Assembly: GCA_038231455.1 (NCBI GenBank)
Contig: JBBRLI010000001.1
Coordinates: 288,001 to 352,000, forward strand
Direction of reading: 5' to 3'
DNA length: 64,000 bases
From: Vulcanimicrobiales bacterium
GTDB lineage: Bacteria > Vulcanimicrobiota > Vulcanimicrobiia > Vulcanimicrobiales > Vulcanimicrobiaceae
This document shows positions 36,799 to 48,100 of the stretch, one piece after another. The translations under genes were made by a program, and so were the position numbers. Position 1 is the stretch's first letter. The number at the start of each line of letters is the position of its first letter. The notes beneath the pieces were generated by a model, which saw nothing but the letters and a program-made list of their open reading frames with translations, was not told the DNA's origin and made no database searches.

Positions 36799-37959
36799 TC
36801 AAACGTTCGCGAGGGCGGCGGCGCTCTCCGGCGCGCGCCCCGGCGAGAACGCCTCGAGCGAGACGCGGGAACTCCCCGTGAGGATAACGTCGGCTATCGC
36901 GCGCGCGGTGATCGGCGTGAGGAGAATTCCGTTGCGATAGTGCCCAGCGGCAACGATGTATCCATCTAGGTCCGTAGCGCCAAGATATGGCCGCCCGTCG
37001 TGCGAGCCGGGGCGCAGGCCCGCCCACGTCTCGGCGACCGCAAAATCGCCGAGCACCGGTGCAACGGCGAGCGCAGCATCGAGCAATCGCGCGATACCGC
37101 CCGCGGTCACGCGCACGTCGAAGCCGCGATCGCAGACGGTCGCGCCGACGAGCATCCTGCCGTCGCTGCGCGGGACCAGATACACCTCGTGCGTCCATAC
37201 GAGCGCGCGCGAGAGAAAATGCGGCACGGCAATCGCGAGCATCTCGCCGGCAATCGGCTTCACCGCTACGCGCGCGTGTGATGGGACGCCGTCCAGCTGC
37301 GCGGCCCACGCGCCCGCCGCATTGACGACGATGCCGGCGGCGGTAAAGCCGCGCGAGGTCTGCACGCCGCGCACGCGCCGCGCGTCCGCATCGAGTCGCA
37401 CGTCGCTAACATCTTGGACGATCCGCACGCCGAGTCGATCGCACGCCGCGACGAGCGCGCGGCCGAGGAGACGATTATCGACCTGCGCTTCGTTCGCAAT
37501 CGCGAGTGCACCGACGCAATCGGTTGCAAGCATGGGTTCGCGTGCCAGGAGTTCCGCACGATCGAGCATGTGCGCATCGCCGCCGCGCGTACGAACACTC
37601 TCGAGGCGACCACGCAATCCCGCAAACGTCGCCGCATCGCGCGCGACGTGGAGCGTGCCTTCCATGCGGAGTTGCGCATCGATCCCCGTTCGCTCGCGTA
37701 AATCTTCGACGAATGCGGGGTACGCTTCAAGCGAAGCGGTGCAGAGCGCGAGCATCGCATTGTCCGCGACTTCCTCGGAAAACGGCGCGAGCATACCCGC
37801 ACCGGCCCACGAAGCACCGCGACCCGGCTCGCGCGCATCGAACACCGTGACCGATACGCCCCGCTTCGCGAGCTCGTACGCGATGCCAAGGCCGATCAGT
37901 CCGGCGCCGATGACGGCGGCATCGCGGCTAGAGTCCAGTATAAACCGGACCTTCACCAC
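36799..37959 (-). CDS. thiO: Glycine oxidase ThiO
   Basis: IGAGLIG, ASWAGAGML, WAGLRP, GHYRNGILL; start uncertain. Confidence 0.92.
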   Translation of the reverse strand: MVKVRFILDSSRDAAVIGAGLIGLGIAYELAKRGVSVTVFDAREPGRGASWAGAGMLAPFSEEVADNAMLALCTASLEAYPAFVEDLRERTGIDAQLRMEGTLHVARDAATFAGLRGRLESVRTRGGDAHMLDRAELLAREPMLATDCVGALAIANEAQVDNRLLGRALVAACDRLGVRIVQDVSDVRLDADARRVRGVQTSRGFTAAGIVVNAAGAWAAQLDGVPSHARVAVKPIAGEMLAIAVPHFLSRALVWTHEVYLVPRSDGRMLVGATVCDRGFDVRVTAGGIARLLDAALAVAPVLGDFAVAETWAGLRPGSHDGRPYLGATDLDGYIVAAGHYRNGILLTPITARAIADVILTGSSRVSLEAFSPGRAPESAAALANV

Positions 37960-39586
37960 CCTGCGGCGGAACCCACGTGATGATCTGGTACGGATCGATG
38001 ATGTCGCAGGTCTTACAGTGCACGCAGTTCGAGAAGTTGATCGTCAGCGCGCCCTCGACGTGACCGTTCGTCTTGGTGAAATGCGGTTCGTACACTTTGG
38101 CCGGGCAGAAATACTGACACGGATTGCCGTACTCGACCGTACACTTCTGCGCGCAGATGTTCGTATCGGAGACATGCAAATGCGCGGGCTGATCTTCGTC
38201 GTGCATCGTGCCCGAATTGAAAACGTCGGTGAGCTTATCGAACGTGAGCACGTTATCGATTGCCACGCGCCGGTCGCCGGCGGTCGGTGCGACCTCGGTG
38301 ATCTTGCGCATCTTGGCGTAACCTTCGTGCCCCGGCAAGCGATCTTTGATGCCGAATCCACGCCCGCCGGTGACGATCCCGAGGCTTGCATTGATGATAC
38401 CCGCCCACATGCCGCCATCGAAACCTTGATGGAAGTTGCGTGCTTCGTGCATTTCGCCATACGCCCACGATGCTTCGAATTTTTTGTCGAAGGCAGCGAG
38501 CGCCGCGGCATCCGAGCGATCTTGCGCGAGCGCTTCGAACGCCGTCTCCGCCGCGAGCATCCCCGATTTGATCGCTAGATGAATGCCTTTGAGGCGCGCA
38601 CCATTGAGGAAGCCGCCCGAATCGCCGACGAGCATCAAGCCATCCGCGTACCGCTTGGGCATCGCAAAGAGCCCGCCTTCGGGGATCGCTTTTGCGCCGT
38701 AACGGATGAGCGTTGCGCCCTCGAGCATTGACTTGATCGCCGGATGCGTTTTGTATTGTTGAAAGAGATCGTGCGGATCGGTCGTCGGATCCGCATAATC
38801 CAGGCCGATCACAAGACCCACGTCGAGCACGTCATCTTGCATGCCATAGATAAAGCCACCGCCGAAGACGTTCGTCGGCAGCGGGAAGTTCAGCGTATGA
38901 ATCACGCTACCCGCGGCAATCGTTCCCGGTTTGCACTTCCAAAGTTCTTTGATGCCGACTGCGTAGACCTGTGGGTCTGCGTCGCGGTCGAGGCCGAGTT
39001 TCGCGATCGCGGTCTTGGTAAGCGTTCCGCGCGGGCCTTCACCGAGGATGACGATCTTCGCCAAGAGATCGGGACCGGGTTCGTAATTTGCTTTGTGATT
39101 GCCGTTATGATCGATGCCTTTGTCGCCGACGCGCACACCGATGACGCGATCGCCGTCCCACAGCAACTCCTGTCCCGGGAACGACGCGAAGACATCCGCA
39201 CCGGCGGCTTCGGCCTGATCGCCGAGCCACTTCGTCATTTTCTGAAGGCTCGCAACGTACTTGCCGTGATTGTTCATGTTCGGCGGCGTGATCGGCGCTT
39301 GTATTTTTCCGCCGGTGGTGAGAAACCAAAGCACGTCGGTGCCGACCGGTGCTTCCACCGGTGCGGTCGCTTTCCAATCGGGCAATAATTCGTCGAGCGA
39401 TCGGGGATCGATTACCGCGCCCGAGATGCCGTGATTGCCGATCTCGCCGCCTTTTTCGATCACCATTACCGAGAGTTCCGTGCCGGCTGCAACAGCGAGC
39501 TGGCGCAGGCGAATGGCGCCTGCTAAGCTCGCGGGGCCGCCTCCAACGAAGAGGACATCGACTTCAAGTTGATCGCGTTCTGCCAT
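37928..39586 (-). CDS. Electron transfer flavoprotein-quinone oxidoreductase
   Basis: VGGGPA, SGAVIDP, GAKAIPEGG, KGIHLAIKSG, CPAKVYE, NCVHCKTCDI 4Fe-4S motif. Confidence 0.92.
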   Translation of the reverse strand: MAERDQLEVDVLFVGGGPASLAGAIRLRQLAVAAGTELSVMVIEKGGEIGNHGISGAVIDPRSLDELLPDWKATAPVEAPVGTDVLWFLTTGGKIQAPITPPNMNNHGKYVASLQKMTKWLGDQAEAAGADVFASFPGQELLWDGDRVIGVRVGDKGIDHNGNHKANYEPGPDLLAKIVILGEGPRGTLTKTAIAKLGLDRDADPQVYAVGIKELWKCKPGTIAAGSVIHTLNFPLPTNVFGGGFIYGMQDDVLDVGLVIGLDYADPTTDPHDLFQQYKTHPAIKSMLEGATLIRYGAKAIPEGGLFAMPKRYADGLMLVGDSGGFLNGARLKGIHLAIKSGMLAAETAFEALAQDRSDAAALAAFDKKFEASWAYGEMHEARNFHQGFDGGMWAGIINASLGIVTGGRGFGIKDRLPGHEGYAKMRKITEVAPTAGDRRVAIDNVLTFDKLTDVFNSGTMHDEDQPAHLHVSDTNICAQKCTVEYGNPCQYFCPAKVYEPHFTKTNGHVEGALTINFSNCVHCKTCDIIDPYQIITWVPPQGGEGPVYTGL

Positions 39587-39639
39587 GATAACGCTGATTT
39601 CGCGAACGCTCGATGGGTTCCATCGTCGCTCGCGGCGCT

Positions 39640-40440
39640 TCAGCCTTTTGTCGCAGCTATCGCAGCAGTAACGGCGATGCGATGGCAAGCGAGCCGTTCG
39701 TCCCACGTTCGCGTGCGCGGCGACTCGAAGGTAAGCGCATGGGGCGCTGCGCGGCGCGACATCGCAAGCGTAAACGGCAGACCCGTGAAGAACGTGGCTT
39801 CTTTTTTCGCATCGACCGCGATCCAGCCGGGCGTGACATCCTGCGCGCTTGCCGCTTCGGGCGGCGTTCCCAAATCGTAGCCGGGGTGAATGGTCTGAAG
39901 TGGATATCCGGCGCGCTCGATCGCTGCGGTAACGACGTCTCGGTAGAGCGGGATCCCATCCACGATTGTCTCATATCCATAGAAACCGGTCGCTTCGTGA
40001 TCTTCGTGCAAATCGAGCGAGAGTGCGAAGTGACGGTCGCGATTGGCGGTTAGAATCGCGCGCGCCTCGGGCGTCGAACCGCCGCGAGAAAACGTGCGAT
40101 TGATATCGACGCCCTCCACGCTCTCGCGCGTCCCACGTTCGTAGCCGGTCGGGTTCGAACACGGCCAGATGCGATAGCCGAAGCGGCGGTCGAGCAAGCG
40201 GTCGCGCACGAGGGAGAAAAGAGCCCATGGAGCTGCAGGCTCGTCTCCGTGCACGCCGGCGGCAAGTGTGATGGTGCTTACATTTGTCGGATGGATCTCG
40301 ATGCACAGCAAGGTGCGTGGAGCTCCGACGCAGGCGATTTCCCTCATGAAAAGACCGTGCGACGCACGCAGAGACGACCAAGCGGTCCGTAGATCGGCAT
40401 AGCTTCGAGCGGACGGTTGCGTTTTAGGAGAGGGGGTCAT
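39640..40440 (-). CDS. M14 metallocarboxypeptidase / succinylglutamate desuccinylase family
   Basis: AGVHGDE, NPTG, DINRTF, DLHED. Confidence 0.85.
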   Translation of the reverse strand: MTPSPKTQPSARSYADLRTAWSSLRASHGLFMREIACVGAPRTLLCIEIHPTNVSTITLAAGVHGDEPAAPWALFSLVRDRLLDRRFGYRIWPCSNPTGYERGTRESVEGVDINRTFSRGGSTPEARAILTANRDRHFALSLDLHEDHEATGFYGYETIVDGIPLYRDVVTAAIERAGYPLQTIHPGYDLGTPPEAASAQDVTPGWIAVDAKKEATFFTGLPFTLAMSRRAAPHALTFESPRTRTWDERLACHRIAVTAAIAATKG

Positions 40441-40497
40441 GGTTGCTTGCCTAATCGCATCATGTCTGGTCTCTTACTAACAAACCCGAGGGCCTTC

Positions 40498-42399
40498 ATG
40501 CTTCGACGGCTTGCCTTTACCCGTACATTCCGCTCCGTCTCATTGACGGGGCTTGCAATAGCTTTGGCACTTGGCGCCTCCGGCGCTCGCGCGGGCAGCG
40601 GCGATAAGGAACTCAGTCGCGTCAAAGGCTCGGTTGGCTTTCAATCGGGCGCCGATGGCGCGTTCAAAGCGATCTTCGGTCGCCAAAATCTCGGCGATGA
40701 TGCCTACGCGGTAACGAAGGCGCGGTCGCTCGCCGTCCTCAAACTCGTCGACTCATCGGAAATCGATATCGGCGAGAACACGATCGTGCAAGTCGGCGAG
40801 TTTCAGCAAGCCGCTTCGGGCAAACAAAACGAAATCAATCTGAAAAACGGCGCGCTGCATTTCAAGATTCGGCGCCCCGCAGGCGGTCAGTCAAACTACA
40901 CGTTCCAGACACCCACCTCGCAGATTGCCGTGCGCGGTACCGAAGGCTTCCTCATTTCCGGCCCGACCGGGACACAGGTCGTCTGCACGGTCTGCACGAT
41001 CGGCGACGTCTCGGTAACGACCGGAACGCAAACCGTCACCCTTGTCTCCGGTCAGACACTGATCGTCAACGGCGCGGCGAACTCGATCGGAACGGCCACG
41101 CAGACGATCGTCAGCAACGCACAGGTCAACAATCCGGCGGTCTCGCAGTTCGGCTCGACCGGCACCGGGACCGTCGGCGGAAACACCGTCTCGAACGCGA
41201 TCGGCGACACGACAGGCTCGACCTCCGGCTCGACGCTCGGCGCCACCACCGGCACGACGGGCGGCCTTACCACGGGCCAAATCGTGACCACGACCGGCGC
41301 GGTCGGCGGCACGACAGCGGTCGTCGCAGCGACAAACCAATCGACCCCGGCACCAACACCGTCGCCGACCCCGGTACCAACATCAACACCGACGCCGGTT
41401 CCAACGGCAAGTCCGACGCCGACGCCAACGCCAACTCCCACCGCCACTCCGGTGCCCACGCCGTCGCCCGTCGGCGTATCGCCGTCGCCGACGCCAAGCG
41501 CGACACCGATCCCTACGGCTACGCCGGCCCCAACCGCAACGCCGACGGCGACACCGGTGCCGACGCCCAGCCCAACGCCAACGCCAACACCGGTACCAAC
41601 CCTTGGCGCGCTGACAATCACCGACGCGCGTACGACGACGGTCGCGAACAGTTTCCCGTCGGCCGTGAACCCCTTAGCGAACATCACGCTCGTCAACTAC
41701 TACAATGGCGCGAACGGCGCGTTCAACGTGAGTTCCCTGACGTTCTCGGGTCCGGCCAACGTCACGGCGCCGACGTTTAACATCACGGCGAACACGCCGA
41801 ATCTTGTCGGTGCTGTCGGCGGCACGTTTAGCACCGGCGGCTTGTACACGTTCAGCGCGACACCGCCGGGCGGAAGCCCCGTGAGCATCAACCTGCCCGT
41901 GTACGGGACGATCGTCAATACATCATCGAATGCAAACGTCACGAGCGTCTCCAACGCCAGTCCCGGATCGCCGTTCAGTCAGGCGTTCACGTTCGCGCAG
42001 CCGGGTCCGTCCGGCGCGACGATCTCCGCGACGCTCGTCTGTCAGACCGGTACCGTCAACACGGGGACGCCATACTACGCGCTGAGTCCCTCCTCGTCGG
42101 TTCCCGCCACGGGCGGTACCTTCACCGTGACGATCACCGGCGCTCCGGACTACGGTGGCGCAGCACCGCCGGGCGGCCCTGCGTGTACGCTCAACGCGAT
42201 CGGAAGCGGATCGCCCTCACCGACGCTCTCGTTCACGTTCAATATCTCAACGACGTCGTTCACGGTCTCCGGACACAAACGCAAATCGCAAACCGGACCG
42301 ACAACCGGCCCAAGCACAACGCCGGTCCCCGTTCCGAGCCCCCATGCGACGCCGCCGAGCGGCCCGCGCGTTCGTCCGCCGGGACAACATCCGCTCTAG
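40498..42399 (+). CDS. Exported FecR-domain protein with Pro/Thr linker and beta-rich C-terminal region
   Basis: Signal peptide; [30 protein letters not shown] FecR-like motif; PT repeats at 41340-41603. Confidence 0.8.
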   Translation: MLRRLAFTRTFRSVSLTGLAIALALGASGARAGSGDKELSRVKGSVGFQSGADGAFKAIFGRQNLGDDAYAVTKARSLAVLKLVDSSEIDIGENTIVQVGEFQQAASGKQNEINLKNGALHFKIRRPAGGQSNYTFQTPTSQIAVRGTEGFLISGPTGTQVVCTVCTIGDVSVTTGTQTVTLVSGQTLIVNGAANSIGTATQTIVSNAQVNNPAVSQFGSTGTGTVGGNTVSNAIGDTTGSTSGSTLGATTGTTGGLTTGQIVTTTGAVGGTTAVVAATNQSTPAPTPSPTPVPTSTPTPVPTASPTPTPTPTPTATPVPTPSPVGVSPSPTPSATPIPTATPAPTATPTATPVPTPSPTPTPTPVPTLGALTITDARTTTVANSFPSAVNPLANITLVNYYNGANGAFNVSSLTFSGPANVTAPTFNITANTPNLVGAVGGTFSTGGLYTFSATPPGGSPVSINLPVYGTIVNTSSNANVTSVSNASPGSPFSQAFTFAQPGPSGATISATLVCQTGTVNTGTPYYALSPSSSVPATGGTFTVTITGAPDYGGAAPPGGPACTLNAIGSGSPSPTLSFTFNISTTSFTVSGHKRKSQTGPTTGPSTTPVPVPSPHATPPSGPRVRPPGQHPL

Positions 42400-42413
42400 C
42401 TTCGCGCTAGCGT

Positions 42414-42451
42414 AAAAAGAAGACCGCGGTGCAAACCGCGGTCTTCTTTTT
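42414..42451. terminator. Bidirectional intrinsic terminator
   Basis: AAAAAGAAGACCGCGGT-GCAA-ACCGCGGTCTTCTTTTT. Confidence 0.88.
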
Positions 42452-43730
42452 ACGGCAGGCGACCGGCGATCGAGGCGTCGAGGATTTCGATCGGATGCGC
42501 CGCGCGTAACGTCGCGCCGCGGTCACGTAAGATCGACTGAATCTGAAGCGTGCAGCCCGGATTGGCGCTCGCAAGCATCTGCGGCTTGACGCTCGTGACA
42601 TTATCGACTTTGCGGTCGCCGATCTCACGTGCCGCTTCGGGCTCGAAGAGGTTGTACGTGCCGGCGCTGCCGCAGCACTGATCGCCGTCTGGGATCTCGA
42701 GCAGTTGCAATTCGGGGATGCCCCGCAAAAGCTGGCGAGGCTGGCTGCGAATACGCTGCGCGTGGGCGAGGTGGCAGGCATCGTGATACGCGACGCGCAG
42801 CGGAATCGGATGACGCTTCGCACGCGGTTCCAGCGCTGCCAGATACTCATTGATGTCGCGAACTTTGCGTGCAAACGCCGCGGCGCGATCGGCCCACAGC
42901 GGATCGCTTGCGAGGATATCGCCGTATTCTTTGAGCGACGAGCCGCAGCCGGCGGCATTGATGACGATCGTATCGACGTCGTGCGATTCGAAGCGCGCGA
43001 TGAGCGCGCGAGCGAATTTCTTTGCTTCGTCTTGACGGCCCGAATGCAAGGAGAGCGCGCCGCAACAGCCCTGCTGCTCGGGCACGATTACCTCGCAGCC
43101 TTCGGCCGCGAGCACGCGAATTGTTGCGTCGTTGACGTTCGGGAAAAACGTTCGCTGCACGCAACCGGCAACTAACGCGACGCGCGCGCGTTTCTCGCCG
43201 AGCGCCGGCGTAAACGCCGGCAACGTCTTGCGTAAATCGGAGAATTCGATATCGGGTGAAAGCGATTCGAGTTGACGCAGGCGCGGTGGAAGCAACTTTG
43301 CCAATCCCGACTTCCGAACGAGACCCTGCGCGCCGCTCTTCGCATAGGCGATCAGCGGATAGGCCAGCTTGTTCAGACGGTCCGGATACGGAAAGAGGGC
43401 GAAGATTAATTCGCGGAACGCACGATCGAGTGGCGCGCGCGGTTTTTCTTCAACCTTCGCGCGCGTCGCCTCGATCAGCAAGTCGTACCGCACGCCCGAC
43501 GGGCACGCCGTGACGCAGCCCATACAGCCTAAGCACGCATCGAAGTGGCCACGGACGACATCGTCCATCACGATGACGCCGTCGGCGACGCCTTTCATCA
43601 AGTCGATGCGGCCGCGCGGCGAATCGCTCTCGTGCGACCACGAGTTGTACGTCGGACAGGCCGGCAGACAGAATCCGCAGTGTACGCAATCGTCGATGAG
43701 CTCGCGCGTCGTGCGCGTTTCGATATCCAA
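42450..43730 (-). CDS. glcF: Glycolate oxidase iron-sulfur subunit
   Basis: CVHCGFCLPACPT, CLGCMGCVTACPSGV, two CCG domains. Confidence 0.92.
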   Translation of the reverse strand: MDIETRTTRELIDDCVHCGFCLPACPTYNSWSHESDSPRGRIDLMKGVADGVIVMDDVVRGHFDACLGCMGCVTACPSGVRYDLLIEATRAKVEEKPRAPLDRAFRELIFALFPYPDRLNKLAYPLIAYAKSGAQGLVRKSGLAKLLPPRLRQLESLSPDIEFSDLRKTLPAFTPALGEKRARVALVAGCVQRTFFPNVNDATIRVLAAEGCEVIVPEQQGCCGALSLHSGRQDEAKKFARALIARFESHDVDTIVINAAGCGSSLKEYGDILASDPLWADRAAAFARKVRDINEYLAALEPRAKRHPIPLRVAYHDACHLAHAQRIRSQPRQLLRGIPELQLLEIPDGDQCCGSAGTYNLFEPEAAREIGDRKVDNVTSVKPQMLASANPGCTLQIQSILRDRGATLRAAHPIEILDASIAGRLP

Positions 43731-44897
43731 CTAGAGTCCTCCGACGAACCGGCCGGGATTGAATGTCCCCTGCGGATCGAACCGTTCTTTAAGTGCACGC
43801 ATGAGCGCAAAGGCCGGCGGCGGCGTTCCCCACGCTTCGACTTCGAGCTCGGGTGGCTGCGCATGGATGACGAGCGAACCGCCCGCGGCCTCGATCGCTG
43901 CACGCGCTTCGAGAATCGCCGTGCGGCTCGCGGCCGTCGTCCCATCCGCGGCAACGAACACGGCTGCGATCGTTGGTAAAGCGACGGCACGAAATCGGTC
44001 GAGCGCGGGCAAGAGTGGGCGCACGATTCCGTTCATGACCTTCGGGTATGCCGAGGACAGATGCGTGATCTGCAAGCGAATTGCACCGGATCGCGCGCGG
44101 ACGTGCGCGGCGTCGGCGAGGCCGATTGCGGTCGCATCGAGTTCGTCGATAGCAACACCGTACGTCCGCGCGATCGCGAAGGCAGCATCGACTTGCTCGG
44201 CGACGCCGCGCTCGAAGCCCTCGAAGCGTACGAGCAGCAACGGATTGATTTCATCCAAGACTTCGATCGACGTCGGTTCGAGCGCGTGCCCGATCAACTC
44301 GACCACGATCTCTTGAATACGACGATGATCGCTGCACTTGAAGCCGACCGCGCGCTCGATTTGGGGCAATGGATGCAGGCGAAACGTCGCCTCAGCGATC
44401 GCGCCGAGCGTCCCAAGCGACCCCACCATTAACTTGGGCAGATCGAAGCCCGCGACGTTCTTGACGACTTTGCCGCCGCCGCGCGCGCGCGTGCCGTCGG
44501 CACGCACGATGCCGACGCCGACGATGAGGTCTTTGATCGTGCCGTACTTGTGACGCCGCCGGCCCCAACTGTTGACGGCGATGAGGCCGCCGATGCTTGC
44601 CGATTCGGGATGCGCGGCATCGAGTGCGAGAAACTGCCCGTTCTTGCGAACTTCGGCTTGCAGCGCGGCATGCGTGATGCCCGCCTCCACCGTGATCGTC
44701 TGATCGCTCGGCGCGTATTCGATGATGCGCCCAATCGCGGTCGTTTGAATCTCCTGGAGCGGGCGCGCGGCGGAATTACCGAGGCCCATCTCCGTTGCAC
44801 CGCCGACAAGCGCGCAGGCATCACCGGCGGCGCCGATCGCGGCGACCGTGTGCGCGAGTTCGTCGATCGATTTCGGTCGATGAGGCGACGCGATCAT
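43731..44897 (-). CDS. glcE: Glycolate oxidase FAD-binding subunit
   Basis: GGKVVKNVAGFDL, GSLGTLG, FDPQGTFNPGR. Confidence 0.88.
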   Translation of the reverse strand: MIASPHRPKSIDELAHTVAAIGAAGDACALVGGATEMGLGNSAARPLQEIQTTAIGRIIEYAPSDQTITVEAGITHAALQAEVRKNGQFLALDAAHPESASIGGLIAVNSWGRRRHKYGTIKDLIVGVGIVRADGTRARGGGKVVKNVAGFDLPKLMVGSLGTLGAIAEATFRLHPLPQIERAVGFKCSDHRRIQEIVVELIGHALEPTSIEVLDEINPLLLVRFEGFERGVAEQVDAAFAIARTYGVAIDELDATAIGLADAAHVRARSGAIRLQITHLSSAYPKVMNGIVRPLLPALDRFRAVALPTIAAVFVAADGTTAASRTAILEARAAIEAAGGSLVIHAQPPELEVEAWGTPPPAFALMRALKERFDPQGTFNPGRFVGGL

Positions 44898-46339
44898 CCG
44901 CGCCCGGCCGTTCCCGCAAGCTCGGCAGAACTCGGCGCGTAGACGCCCGGGCGATCGCCGCAGAGGCGCGGTGTCGGAAACACTTTACCGGGATTGAACG
45001 AGCGCGTCGGATCGAACGCACAGCGCACGTAGTGCTGTGTCTCCAAGTCGTCGTCGGTAAAAAGATCGCCCATGTAGACGGCCTTGTCGTGACCGACACC
45101 GTGTTCGCCCGTGATCGAGCCGCCGTGCCGCACGCAAATCTTGAGAATTTCGCCGCCGACGTGTTCGGCTTTGGCTTCTTCTCCGGGAATGCGTCCATCG
45201 TAGAGCACGAGCGGATGCAAGTTGCCATCACCCGCATGAAAGACGTTCGCGACACGAAGACCCGCTTCGGTTCCGAGTCGCGCGATCTCGCGCAAGACGG
45301 TCGAAATCGCCGAACGCGGAATGACGCCGTCCTGGACGTAATAGTTCGGCGAGATGCGGCCCATCGCCGCGAACGCGCCTTTCCGGCCTTTCCACATCAG
45401 CGCGCGCTCGGCTTCATCGCGCGGCGTGCGAATCTCAATCGCCCCGGCCGTCTTCACAAGATCGATGACGATGTCGGCGGTGTGTTCTACTTCGGCGGTA
45501 ATGCCGTCGACGTCGATGAGGAGCGCTGCACCGGCATCGAGTGGCCAATCGACGTGTGTCGATGCGACGATCGCTTCGATTGCGAGCTGGTCCATCATTT
45601 CGATGGCCGCCGGAACGATGCCCACGGCGATAATTGCGGAAACGGCTGCGCCCGCTTCATCGGTCGATGGGAACGTTGCAAAAATCGTGCGCGTCGCTTG
45701 CGGTCGGCGCAGCAGACGTACCGTCACCTCGGTAACGATTCCGAGCAAACCTTCGCTGCCGACGACGACGCCCGTGAGGTCGTAGCCGAGCGGATCGACC
45801 GTTCCGCCGATCTCGACAATGGCCCCATCGGCCAGCACCATCGTTATGCCAAGAACGTGGTTCACGGTAAACCCATATTTGAGGCAATGTGCCCCGCCGG
45901 AATTCTCTGCAACATTGCCGCCGATGGAACAGACGCTTTGCGAGCTTGGGTCCGGTGCGTAGTAGTAACCGTCGGCGGCGAGGCGTTTCGAAATATCGAG
46001 GTTGATCACACCCGGTCCCACGCGCATTCTCTGGTTCGGTAAATCGATCTCCAGGATGTCTTTCATGCGCGAAAGACCGATAACAAGACACCCCTCGACG
46101 GGCAGCGCTCCGCCGGAGAGACCCGTGCCCGCGCCTCGCGGGACGATTGGGACGCCAGCGGCGCGAGCCACTTTCACGCAAGCACTGACTTCTTCTGTAG
46201 TAAGCGGCAAGACAACGACGCGCGGGCGGACGCGAAATCCGGCGAGGCCGTCGCATTCGTAGGTGCGCAGTTCGCCCGGATCAGTTATTGCGTGCTTGGA
46301 ACCGACGATTGCCGTCAGCCGGGTAGCAAAGTCGTCCAT
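44894..46339 (-). CDS. glcD: Glycolate oxidase subunit GlcD
   Basis: PRGAGTGLSGG, PDPSS, ENSGGAHCLKYG, HAGDGNLH, GEHGVG. Confidence 0.93.
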   Translation of the reverse strand: MDDFATRLTAIVGSKHAITDPGELRTYECDGLAGFRVRPRVVVLPLTTEEVSACVKVARAAGVPIVPRGAGTGLSGGALPVEGCLVIGLSRMKDILEIDLPNQRMRVGPGVINLDISKRLAADGYYYAPDPSSQSVCSIGGNVAENSGGAHCLKYGFTVNHVLGITMVLADGAIVEIGGTVDPLGYDLTGVVVGSEGLLGIVTEVTVRLLRRPQATRTIFATFPSTDEAGAAVSAIIAVGIVPAAIEMMDQLAIEAIVASTHVDWPLDAGAALLIDVDGITAEVEHTADIVIDLVKTAGAIEIRTPRDEAERALMWKGRKGAFAAMGRISPNYYVQDGVIPRSAISTVLREIARLGTEAGLRVANVFHAGDGNLHPLVLYDGRIPGEEAKAEHVGGEILKICVRHGGSITGEHGVGHDKAVYMGDLFTDDDLETQHYVRCAFDPTRSFNPGKVFPTPRLCGDRPGVYAPSSAELAGTAGRG

Positions 46340-46414
46340 TCTGAGAATATTCTGCCAAACTAACGCCCTGCCTTGAAACGACTTTTCACGAAGAGACAAC
46401 TCGGGTGAGAGATG

Positions 46415-48100
46415 TTAGTCGTTCGCGTCGTCGAGCAACCAAACGGGGGCCACCGTCGATCGCGTCGCCGGGAGCACGGGGTATCCGCCGTGCCGTTCGA
46501 CGGCACCGAGTAGCGCTCGGCGTGCGGCTTCGAGCCCCGGACGGTTGCCGGTCGGATGGAGCGCGTAAATCGTGCGCAGTGCTTCGTGTTGACGCACACC
46601 CGGTGCAAGCGAACGGTTTGCGCGGTCGTTGAACACCGTGTAGGCAACTTCGATCCCCCGCACCCGCACCGCATCGCTCGCGGCCGTTAAGCGCAACCAA
46701 AGTTCGTAGTCCGCAGCCACAAACAGGTCGGTGTTGAACCCGGCCAGGCGACGCAAAACGTCGGCGCGAACGAGCACGCGCGTTGCACCCGGAACTGTGT
46801 TTCCGATAAGGAGTGCGCTGCGTTCGAGCGCCGGGGCATCCACGATCGTGTAGCCCGTTACCCGGAGTTCCTTCGGCGATTCAACATACGTCATTGCCGT
46901 GCCGCAGACGGCAAGATCGCAGCCGCTGCGAACGAGCGCATCGACCAGCGATTCAATATGACGCGGCGCGAGTGCATCATCGTCATCGAGCACGCCTACG
47001 AAGACTGCGGTCGTCGATGCGAGCGCTTCGTTCGCTGCCGTTCGGTATGCACTGAGCGGACGCTCGATCAGCGTCGCGCGCGGAAAACAGGCGACGAGCG
47101 ACGCAACGCTCGCGCCGCCGTCGTTGATCACGATGGCGCGCGTGCCGGCGTGCGTCTGCGCTTCGACGCTCGCAAGAGCGCGAGCTAAAAGTTCCGGCCG
47201 ATCGCGCGTCCGCACGATGAGCGCCGCTTCGGCTGCTTCAGCCCCCGCGGGCCGCATCGCAATCGTCACCTGCGCTTGCACGGCCGGCGACCGCTGGTGC
47301 GGCGCGCGCGTTCCCAAGGACGTACGCACGGCGCGAGCGAGCGTTCGGGTATCCGTACGATCGAACGTCAGAGCTCCTGCAAGCCATTCGTGCGCTCCGC
47401 TCGCGCGATCCACGACGAGTGGGGCGCCGCATGAGGCGATGCGCCAGGCTTCAAGCGGCGTCAAGGACTCCGTCAGCACCACGACGCGCGCGTCGACGAG
47501 TCGCGCTTCTTCGCCCGGACCCGCGACGATGACGCGCCGTGCAAACGCGCGCAACGCGAACGTAAACCACGCACGCAGCGCGGCGATCCCGGTACGATCC
47601 CAGATGACGATCGCATCACCCAACGATTGCGATACCGTCGGGCGCGAGGGTGGCGTCAGCAGAACGGTTTCCGCGGCTCGCACGTTCGCAAGACCTTCGA
47701 TCGTTCCGGCAGCGGTTCGCGAGGGCGCGATCACGCAATCGGCGAGCAACAGCGCTTCGCGCAATTGCGCGAGATCGCGCGGATCGTACGGCCCAATTTC
47801 GCTAACCTGCCGTCCCGAGACGAGCAGCGAGCCTTGCGCGTATGCGAGCAACGCTGCGGCACGAGATTCGGTTTCCCGATGTTGGGCGAAGATCGCCGCG
47901 GCAAGCCGTTCGACGAGCGCGACTCGGGGAGCGTCGATCAATGGCGCGATCGTAAGGCGTCCCGCACGCATGCGCGTCGCGATCATCGCCGGCAGCGCGC
48001 GCTCGATCGCATGAAGTTCGAAGACAACCAGAGGATCCGCAATCTGCGGGAGACGCGCCTCATACCACGCGGCCCGCTCGCCGAACGTCGCGCGAATCAC
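46415..48100 (-). CDS. Glycosyltransferase family 2 protein with long N-terminal extension
   Basis: IVRTRDR, VINDGG, LDDDD, DYELWLR. Confidence 0.8.
   Translation of the reverse strand: MIRATFGERAAWYEARLPQIADPLVVFELHAIERALPAMIATRMRAGRLTIAPLIDAPRVALVERLAAAIFAQHRETESRAAALLAYAQGSLLVSGRQVSEIGPYDPRDLAQLREALLLADCVIAPSRTAAGTIEGLANVRAAETVLLTPPSRPTVSQSLGDAIVIWDRTGIAALRAWFTFALRAFARRVIVAGPGEEARLVDARVVVLTESLTPLEAWRIASCGAPLVVDRASGAHEWLAGALTFDRTDTRTLARAVRTSLGTRAPHQRSPAVQAQVTIAMRPAGAEAAEAALIVRTRDRPELLARALASVEAQTHAGTRAIVINDGGASVASLVACFPRATLIERPLSAYRTAANEALASTTAVFVGVLDDDDALAPRHIESLVDALVRSGCDLAVCGTAMTYVESPKELRVTGYTIVDAPALERSALLIGNTVPGATRVLVRADVLRRLAGFNTDLFVAADYELWLRLTAASDAVRVRGIEVAYTVFNDRANRSLAPGVRQHEALRTIYALHPTGNRPGLEAARRALLGAVERHGGYPVLPATRSTVAPVWLLDDAND

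Noticed and set aside
39586-39640. TPP riboswitch upstream of the thi genes
   Set aside because: The gap is about 50 nt and no CUGAGA core is visible.
41340-41603. Tandem short repeats as a CRISPR or VNTR element (also 28760-29230)
   Set aside because: They are degenerate codon-level repeats encoding PT or AKP linkers, with no repeat-spacer structure.
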